45,935 nt of DNA from NCBI GenBank assembly GCA_018268185.1, contig JAFDXA010000293.1, positions 1 through 45,935 of the forward strand. The letters run 5' to 3'. This DNA comes from Bacteroidota bacterium. Lineage in GTDB: Bacteria > Bacteroidota > Bacteroidia > Chitinophagales > Chitinophagaceae. The first letter of the stretch is position 1, and every line of letters begins with the position of its first letter. The notes below the pieces were generated by a model, which did not search any database, was not told the origin of the DNA, and saw only the letters and a list, made by a program, of their open reading frames with translations. Below, piece after piece: positions 39,022-45,935 of this stretch. The position numbers were made by a program, and so were the translations under genes.

Positions 39022-40293
39022 ATGACCATACGCTCCAAAACATTGAGATGGCTGATCTTATTGAGCACCCTTATCGTGGCCATTATTGTAGCGGTACAGA
39101 TTTACTGGCTGCAACGTATTTACAGGGTTGAGCGCAGGCAGTTCAATAACAACGTAAACAAAAGCATCAAGAACCTGTATAGGAATATCAAGCTTACAAA
39201 AGACAGTACTTTTATTTTCAGTAAAAGTGTTGAACTTCCGGTATTGACTTCTTTTGTTGCCCGGATTGACAGGATACCGGATATTGATTCCATCAGTGTT
39301 TTATTCAGCAAAGAACTTACAGATTATAACCTGCTTGCAGATTGCAATATTTCGATCTATGATGCCGGGCAGAAGAAATACACCGAATCACGTTTTATAG
39401 ACATGCCCAATTCCTACAACCAGTATTCAACTGAATTTACGGTACCCGTTTTTGATAAAAAGTATTCTTATATCTGTTTCCATTTTCCACATCGCCGGTT
39501 ATATATTATAACACAGATGATATTCTGGATCATTTCAACGGTATCATTACTGCTGGTATTGATCGGTTTCGGCATCAGCGTTTTTTATTTATATAAGCAG
39601 CGGTTTCTCAATGAAACACAAAAAGATTTTGTGAACAATTTTACACACGAATTCAAAACGCCCTTATCGGTAATAAAAATAGCCGCCGGGGTGTTACAGC
39701 AGCCAACGATCAGCGCAAATCCTGAAAAACTGAGGAACTACGCTAACATCATACAGGTTCAAACGGCTCACCTTCAGAACCAGTTGAGTCGCATGCTTTC
39801 GGTAGCCTATACAGAACACAGTTCACTTGTTCTTAAAAAAGAAACATTTGATGCAAATGCTTTAATGGACCAGGCGATCAGCAATATCAAACCATTGCTG
39901 GAAGAAAAATCCGGCAGCCTTTCTTTTAACAGCAGGGAAGATGACAGCCTGGTTACTGCCGACAAATCCTATATACTGGTAGCATACACTAACCTGCTCG
40001 AAAATGCCGTTAAATATTCTTTAAAACCCGGCATAATCATCTCAACGTATATTGATGGAAACGATTTTTGTACATCAGTTAGAGATAACGGCATTGGCAT
40101 TGAAAAAAAACAACACCGTAAGATCTTTAAAAAATTTTACAGGGTTACGGATGGAGAAATACACCATGCAAAAGGATTCGGTCTTGGTCTTAACTTTGTA
40201 AAGCAGATAGCGGATGCTCATAAAGGAAGTATCAGCCTGGTGAGTGAACCAGGGGAAGGAAGCACATTTACGATCAAAATACCAAGAAGCTAA
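39022..40293 (+). CDS. Sensor histidine kinase
   Basis: NNFTHEFKTPL, NLLENAVKYS, DNGIG, GFGLGL and two TMs. Confidence 0.93.
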   Translation: MTIRSKTLRWLILLSTLIVAIIVAVQIYWLQRIYRVERRQFNNNVNKSIKNLYRNIKLTKDSTFIFSKSVELPVLTSFVARIDRIPDIDSISVLFSKELTDYNLLADCNISIYDAGQKKYTESRFIDMPNSYNQYSTEFTVPVFDKKYSYICFHFPHRRLYIITQMIFWIISTVSLLLVLIGFGISVFYLYKQRFLNETQKDFVNNFTHEFKTPLSVIKIAAGVLQQPTISANPEKLRNYANIIQVQTAHLQNQLSRMLSVAYTEHSSLVLKKETFDANALMDQAISNIKPLLEEKSGSLSFNSREDDSLVTADKSYILVAYTNLLENAVKYSLKPGIIISTYIDGNDFCTSVRDNGIGIEKKQHRKIFKKFYRVTDGEIHHAKGFGLGLNFVKQIADAHKGSISLVSEPGEGSTFTIKIPRS

Positions 40294-40301
40294 AACAGGC
40301 A

Positions 40302-40982
40302 ATGAAACCAACAATATTACTGGCAGAAGATGATACAACTTTGAGCTTTGTCATTAAAGACAATCTTGAAGAGGCCGGTTATGAGGTTACCACATGCAGC
40401 AATGGAGAACTGGCCTGGCAACAGTTTCAGAAAAAGAGCTACGACATCTGCCTGCTTGATGTTAATATGCCCATACGGGATGGTTTTTCTCTTGCTAAAA
40501 GAATACGGCAGAGCAGTGATGTAGTGCCGATCATTTTCATTACAGCCAAAGGACAGGAGGAAGATAAAATCAAAGGCTTTTCTTCAGGAGCGGATGATTA
40601 TGTGGTAAAGCCTTTCAGCATGCAGGAACTGATCATGCGTATCGAAGTGTTTCTGAGGAGGACAAAAAAACTGAAATCCGACGTAAAGCAAGAATACAAT
40701 ATCGGGAAACTGAGATTCAACTATAGTGAATTGAAAATATACAACGGCTCCGAAATCATCAGCCTCACACAGAAAGAGGCCGACCTCCTCAAATTCCTGG
40801 CCTCCAATACCAATAAGATCCTCAAAAGAGAAGAGGTGTTGATCAATGTATGGGGTAAGGATGATTATTTTCTCGGAAGAAGTATGGATGTATTCATCAC
40901 CAAACTCCGCAAGCATTTCAAAGCCGATCCGGGAATCGTACTCGAAACGATCCATGGTGTTGGTTTCCGTCTTAACCAATAA
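40302..40982 (+). CDS. OmpR-family response regulator (RprY-like)
   Basis: Receiver domain (AEDD, LDVNMP, KPF) plus winged helix (RSMDVFITKLRK, IHGVGF). Confidence 0.95.
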   Translation: MKPTILLAEDDTTLSFVIKDNLEEAGYEVTTCSNGELAWQQFQKKSYDICLLDVNMPIRDGFSLAKRIRQSSDVVPIIFITAKGQEEDKIKGFSSGADDYVVKPFSMQELIMRIEVFLRRTKKLKSDVKQEYNIGKLRFNYSELKIYNGSEIISLTQKEADLLKFLASNTNKILKREEVLINVWGKDDYFLGRSMDVFITKLRKHFKADPGIVLETIHGVGFRLNQ

Positions 40983-40984
40983 TT

Positions 40985-41377
40985 CTACAACAGTTTACCC
41001 AATATTTTTCCCTGAACAGATTGCAGTTCTTCTTTCGATAATTTCAGCTTGGGTCTGCTGAAATTAAGATCATCAGCACTGTTGATTGGAATAAGGTGCA
41101 TGTGTGCATGAGGTACTTCCAGCCCGATCACACTGATACCACAACGATTGCAATCAAACGAAGCTTCAATAGCTTTGGCAATAGGTTTTGCAAATACAAG
41201 CATCTGAGAAAGCAGTTCATCTGTAAGGTCAAATATTTTATCCGTTTCTGATTTCGGCACTACAAGCACATGACCTTCCACTAATGGGAAAATATCCAGG
41301 AAAGCATAAAAATGCTCATTCTCGGCAATTTTGTATGAAGGAATTTCGCCTTTTATTATTTTGGAAAAAATGGTCAT
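40985..41377 (-). CDS. HIT family protein
   Basis: TIFSKIIKGEIP and the histidine triad HAHMH. Confidence 0.95.
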   Translation of the reverse strand: MTIFSKIIKGEIPSYKIAENEHFYAFLDIFPLVEGHVLVVPKSETDKIFDLTDELLSQMLVFAKPIAKAIEASFDCNRCGISVIGLEVPHAHMHLIPINSADDLNFSRPKLKLSKEELQSVQGKILGKLL

Positions 41378-41691
41378 CTCTTTTTTGAATTTGATGATTT
41401 TGAAAATGTGTTGATCCAGGGATTTTACTCAGTTCATTGTTCCTTGTTCAATATTTATTTGTAATGTGAAAATATGAAAATGGGATGATTTGAAAATTCC
41501 TTTGTACCGGGTTTCTTGTTCACTATTTATAAATGCGGTAATGTAGAGGTACAAAAAACTTCATTCTCCTTCATGTCTCCGAAGCACTATTCACTCCACC
41601 ATTCATTATTTCATATTCAGTATTCAACCGATTTTAATTGATGGCAGATTAACCTGAATTACGGAACTTTAATGTAATTAGATTAGCCGGT

Positions 41692-42702
41692 TTGGATTCA
41701 CTTACTCATATTGCCATTGGCGCCTGTATCGGCGAGGCTTTTTTTGAAAAGCGCATTGGCAAAAAAGCTATGGCTTGGGGAATACTCAGCCAGAGTATTC
41801 CGGATATTGATTTCCTGGCTACTTTATGGTTACCACCAGCAGATAATTTACTGGCCCACCGGGGGTTTACACACTCAATTCTGTTTGCTCTAGTGGTAAT
41901 TACCTTATTTGCATTGTTGGCAGACAAAGTTCACAAACCTCATAACATATCATTTAAGAAATGGATCTTGTTCTTCAGCATTGAAGTATTTGTTCATTTA
42001 TTTATAGACAGCTATAATAATTACGGTATCGGCTTATTAGAACCCTTCAGTCATGAACGCTATTCGCTGAATGCCATTTATGTGGCAGATCCATTTTTCT
42101 CCATCTGGCCCGGCATTGCATGCATTGCTTTACTGGCCCTTGGCAGGAATAGCAATAAAAGAAAGCTGTGGTGGAAGTTTGGCCTCTTTATCCCGCTGCT
42201 TTATCTTGGCTATTGCAGTATCAATAAAATAATTATTGATAAAGAAGTGAATCGGCTGATCTCAAAACAACATGTTCCTGCCAGCAAATATTTTACAACC
42301 CCTGCCCCCTTGCAGAACTGGTTATGGTTCGTGGTGGCCGGCAATGACAACGGCTACTATGTGGCTTACCGATCGGTATTTGATAAAGGCGACAGCATCC
42401 GTTTTCAATATTTCCCCAAAAATGATTCCTTGTTAAATCCCCTGGCCGACAGCCGGGAACTGCAGCAGCTAAAACAATTTTCTAAAGGATTTTACACCAC
42501 AGAACAATGGGGCGACAGCCTGGTATTTAATGACCTTCGTTTCGGGCAGGTGATCGGATGGGTTGATCCACGGGAAAAATTCGCTTTTCATTATTTCCTG
42601 CAACATCCATCTGCCAATAAGCTGGTAGTACAACGGGGGCGATTTGCCAAATGGAACTGGTCTGTAGTAAAATCGTTGTTTAACCGTGGCATAGGGTATT
42701 AA
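41692..42702 (+). CDS. Membrane-bound metal-dependent hydrolase (YdjM-like)
   Basis: Motifs DSLTH, PDID, HRGFTHS and HLFID. TTG start. Confidence 0.88.
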   Translation: MDSLTHIAIGACIGEAFFEKRIGKKAMAWGILSQSIPDIDFLATLWLPPADNLLAHRGFTHSILFALVVITLFALLADKVHKPHNISFKKWILFFSIEVFVHLFIDSYNNYGIGLLEPFSHERYSLNAIYVADPFFSIWPGIACIALLALGRNSNKRKLWWKFGLFIPLLYLGYCSINKIIIDKEVNRLISKQHVPASKYFTTPAPLQNWLWFVVAGNDNGYYVAYRSVFDKGDSIRFQYFPKNDSLLNPLADSRELQQLKQFSKGFYTTEQWGDSLVFNDLRFGQVIGWVDPREKFAFHYFLQHPSANKLVVQRGRFAKWNWSVVKSLFNRGIGY

Positions 42703-43880
42703 GGCCTGTGTTTGAAATAGAAAGTAAAAATATAGATGAGGAAACGAACCGACTGGTAAGACAGCCACCTGTTGAATCTTACAAACAGGTTGGCTGTTTT
42801 TACCTGGTACTCTTCTGTTATTTTTTTACAGCCTGAAGCAATGATGTTTTCCAGTTCTGCCCGAAGCCTTTTTGTAAACCCGGGGTTTTCTACATCGAGG
42901 TTAAGCTCTATGCTTGCGTGAGCACTGATATTATTGAGATTGTATGAACCAAGTGTGAACCATTCATCATCACATACAGCCAGCTTTGCATGTAACACAT
43001 TTTCTTCATACTCGTATAATTCGATGCCCTTCCGTAACAGCCAGTCATACAACCAGCGTTCTGCATTCTTGGATATTTTAACATCTGAACGCCCTGCTGC
43101 TATTACCCTCACCTTAACGCCCCGCTTCACTGCCGTCGCCATATGACGGCGGATTGCTTTGCCCGGTAAAAAATAACTACTCATAATGGTAATATGCGAT
43201 TTGGCATGCAGCAACATTTCGATATATATTTTCGATATATCATTTTTTTTCCGAACCCAGTCATTCCTGAGTATCCTTACCCGGTATTCATCACTGGTTT
43301 CCTTAGTAACGGAAAGGGGTTCGGCACAAAGAAAAGAAGGGAATTCAGATTTGAAATTATTCCATGCTTTACTGCATACAACACAAAGTTCTTTGGCTAT
43401 AATACCTTCAATGTAGATTGCGAAATCGAGCCATGCCCTGGTTTCTCTTGTATCATTGTAATTATTGGAAATATTGATGCCGCCCAGGAGAGCAAAGGAA
43501 CTGTCAACCACAAAGATCTTATGATGCAGGCGTCGTCCGAAATAAAGAAATGGGCTCTTAAGCACCGGGCTGAAAAAACGAAACCTGATTCCGGCTGCTT
43601 CCAGTTCTTCGATAAATGAAGCAGGTAAAGAACGGGAAGCATATCCATCAACCATGATATAAACCGCTACCCCCGAAAATGCAGCTTTTTTCAACGCTTC
43701 TATAACCAACTGGCCTGTTTCATCATCTTCTAAAATGTATACCTGCAGGTGTATGGTATGCCGGGCATTCCGGATCATTTCAAGCAACCGGTCAAAATAC
43801 CCTTTTCCGCTACGCAGCAATTCCATATTGTTACGTACCTGGTAAAAGAACGCTTTTCTCCGTGATGGTACTGCAGGCAT
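42699..43880 (-). CDS. Cardiolipin synthase ClsB-like phospholipase D
   Basis: Two HKD motifs (HHKIFVVD, HAKLAVCD); no N-terminal TMs. Confidence 0.88.
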   Translation of the reverse strand: MPAVPSRRKAFFYQVRNNMELLRSGKGYFDRLLEMIRNARHTIHLQVYILEDDETGQLVIEALKKAAFSGVAVYIMVDGYASRSLPASFIEELEAAGIRFRFFSPVLKSPFLYFGRRLHHKIFVVDSSFALLGGINISNNYNDTRETRAWLDFAIYIEGIIAKELCVVCSKAWNNFKSEFPSFLCAEPLSVTKETSDEYRVRILRNDWVRKKNDISKIYIEMLLHAKSHITIMSSYFLPGKAIRRHMATAVKRGVKVRVIAAGRSDVKISKNAERWLYDWLLRKGIELYEYEENVLHAKLAVCDDEWFTLGSYNLNNISAHASIELNLDVENPGFTKRLRAELENIIASGCKKITEEYQVKTANLFVRFNRWLSYQSVRFLIYIFTFYFKHRP

Positions 43881-44014
43881 ATATCTTTCTAAAATTATGT
43901 AACCAATAAAACCTCAATCTATAGTTACATGATAAATTTCATGATCCGGGGAAATAAAACTCATTGGCCTTAACTCCCCGGTTGAATACCTTACAAAAGA
44001 TAAAATATTTTTTT

Positions 44015-44239
44015 ATGAAAAAGAATGTTGGTAATAAAGACAGGATTATGAGGTTATTGATTGCAGTTTTTTTCATAATCTTGGTATCCGCTGGTGCAAT
44101 TATTTCGCCGGAAAGCTTCCTCGTTTTAATAGTTACAACAGTATTTATTGTAACCGCCCTCCTTTCCTATTGCCCGGTTTATACTTTATTCGGAATCAAC
44201 ACGAGTTCGGGGAAAAAAGATACGAGGCGATACCATTGA
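44015..44239 (+). CDS. DUF2892/YgaP-like small membrane protein
   Basis: MKKNVGNKDRIMR...CPVYTLFGINT. Start moved to ATG 44015. Confidence 0.85.
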   Translation: MKKNVGNKDRIMRLLIAVFFIILVSAGAIISPESFLVLIVTTVFIVTALLSYCPVYTLFGINTSSGKKDTRRYH

Positions 44240-44390
44240 GCTATGATGGGAATGGGAAAATATGAAAATGGTTAATATGGATCTGATGATTTGGTAAGGA
44301 GTTGATTTGATATTGTCTTTTTACTTTAATAGTTTTCACTTCAGCATTCTCTGTTCTTTATTTGCTATTACTCTGTAACAAGCACTATCT

Positions 44391-44423
44391 AAAACAAAAG
44401 AGGCCCCGTGAATGGAGCCTCTT
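44391..44423 (-). terminator. Terminator after greA
   Basis: AAGAGGC...GCCTCTT stem with a T-rich tail on the minus strand. Confidence 0.7.
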
Positions 44424-44444
44424 GAAAGCTTTGGTATAATAGCA

Positions 44445-44918
44445 TTATACTTCGATCTTATCCACCTTGAGTTTCAGTTTACCAGCAGGCACCGACACTT
44501 CTACTACATCCCCGATCACTTTACCAAGTATACCACTTCCTATGGGAGACGTAACGGAAATTTTTCCTGATTTGAGATCTGCTTCTTTTTCAGAAACAAT
44601 TTTATAAGTAACCGTTTTATTAGTTGCCATATTGGTAAGTGTTACTTTGGTAAGAATACTCACCCTGCTTGTATCAATATTGGTTTCATCCAGTATCCTG
44701 GCCGTTGCCACAACGCCTTCAAGGTATTTTATTTTTGCTTCAAGAATACCCTGGGCTTCTTTGGCCGCATCGTATTCTGCATTCTCTTTGAGATCCCCTT
44801 TTTCACGGGCTTCCGCAATAGCTTTGCTGGCTGCATACCTGTCAACTGTTTTAAGGGTATGGAGCTCTTCCTGCATTTTAGCGAAGGTTTCCTTTGTTAC
44901 ATAATTTGTTTCTGCCAT
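44445..44918 (-). CDS. greA: Transcription elongation factor GreA
   Basis: Motifs GDLKENAEYDAAK and ISVTSPIG. Start is ATG 44918 (MAETNY), 157 aa. Confidence 0.97.
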   Translation of the reverse strand: MAETNYVTKETFAKMQEELHTLKTVDRYAASKAIAEAREKGDLKENAEYDAAKEAQGILEAKIKYLEGVVATARILDETNIDTSRVSILTKVTLTNMATNKTVTYKIVSEKEADLKSGKISVTSPIGSGILGKVIGDVVEVSVPAGKLKLKVDKIEV

Positions 44919-44939
44919 AAAATTCCTGTTAGTAGATAG

Positions 44940-44993
44940 AAAAAAAATACAACGCTTCGGGGAAACCAAAGCGTTGCATCATTCACAAATATA
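44940..44993 (-). promoter_or_regulatory. greA leader: -7 element followed by an intrinsic terminator (putative attenuator)
   Basis: TATATTTG at 44986-44993, then CAACGCTTTGG-tttcc-CCGAAGCGTTG (44950-44976), then TA-T8. Confidence 0.7.
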
Positions 44994-45049
44994 ATAAATG
45001 AAATATGAAAATCCAGCCTTTTTAAGGTTTATTAACAGCTCTGGCTGAC

Positions 45050-45935
45050 TTAAATCCCGAGTTTCTCAAGCAAAATCTTACTCATCTTAAAAAAGGCTTC
45101 CTGAGAATAGCCTGCTATATGTGGTGTAATAATCACATCCGCTCTGTTGTTAAGCCATCGGAACCATTGTTCCTCTTCGCCCGATAAAGCCCCGATATGC
45201 TCATTCTCCAGTACATCAAGTGCAGCCCCCTTTATAAGCCGCTGTTCAAGAGCATTGATCAATGCCGTTGTTTTTACCACTTTGCCACGGGATGTATTTA
45301 TAAAGTATGGAGCCTGTTTTAATGATGAAAAAAGATCTTCATTGGCCATATAGTAGGTTTCTTCTGTAAGAGGAACATGGAAACTTATCACATCGGCATA
45401 CCTGCAGAGTTGTTCGAGGTTCGCTTCTTTTACATTACCAGAACCAAAACCGAATTTGTATTTATCGTAGGCCAGTATCGTTACATCAAATGCAGATAAA
45501 AGTTTTGCAAAAGTCTGGCCGGTATTGCCATAACCAATAATACCTACCGTTTTACCTGTAAGTTCTATCCCTCTGTTCTCATCACGTAACCACTTACCTT
45601 GTTTCACTTCCGCATTGCTCCGGCAAATATTATTCATCAGGTTGAGCAACATGCCCAGTGCATGTTCTGCCACGGCATTTCGATTACCCTCCGGCGAGCT
45701 GACGCAACGGATGTTTTTTGATTCAGCATATTCAACATCTATCAATTCCAATCCACTTCCCAGCCTTCCTATCCACGTAAGTTTTGATGCTTTGTCGATA
45801 AGAGCCTTGTCTATCTTTAACCGGGTGGTAACTACAAGCCCTTCTGCACTACCGATCTTCTCCAGCAGTTCGCTGTAGTTAATAGCAGGTTCATACAACA
45901 CTTCATACCCCTTTTGCTGAAGTGTATCCAATAAA
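45050..45935 (-). CDS. D-isomer-specific 2-hydroxyacid dehydrogenase (SerA-like); 5' end probably off the window
   Basis: GIIGYGNTG (Rossmann fold), INTSRG, LDVLENE and TPHIAG. Confidence 0.9.
   Translation of the reverse strand, partial: LLDTLQQKGYEVLYEPAINYSELLEKIGSAEGLVVTTRLKIDKALIDKASKLTWIGRLGSGLELIDVEYAESKNIRCVSSPEGNRNAVAEHALGMLLNLMNNICRSNAEVKQGKWLRDENRGIELTGKTVGIIGYGNTGQTFAKLLSAFDVTILAYDKYKFGFGSGNVKEANLEQLCRYADVISFHVPLTEETYYMANEDLFSSLKQAPYFINTSRGKVVKTTALINALEQRLIKGAALDVLENEHIGALSGEEEQWFRWLNNRADVIITPHIAGYSQEAFFKMSKILLEKLGI

Overview
This is a core-genome window from a Bacteroidota organism; the gene set, protein style and TAnnTTTG promoters suggest Chitinophagaceae (inference). Bases 1-14.7 kb hold the minus-strand dcw cluster (mraZ, rsmH, ftsL, ftsI, murE, mraY, murD, ftsW, murG, murC, ftsQ, partial ftsA). 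The rest is housekeeping: atpD/atpC, mscL, scpA, dxs, leuS, ftsX, uppP, ruvC, greA, two related sensor kinases, one OmpR-type regulator, and several hydrolases and transporters. I saw no transposase, integrase, cas, phage, rRNA or tRNA genes. The most unusual feature is a 405-bp gap between mraY and murD in an otherwise tightly packed operon. It holds five 35-nt repeats of two alternating types, each folding back onto its spacer, with variable positions mostly 3 nt apart and no cas or toxin gene nearby. Other observations: four MraZ-like boxes, a greA leader terminator, a perfect 18-bp palindrome at the pirin promoter, a Leu/Ile-rich uORF before leuS, a REP-like in-frame insert in leuS, and several short intergenic repeat families. 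All calls come from reading the sequence; no database search or folding was run.
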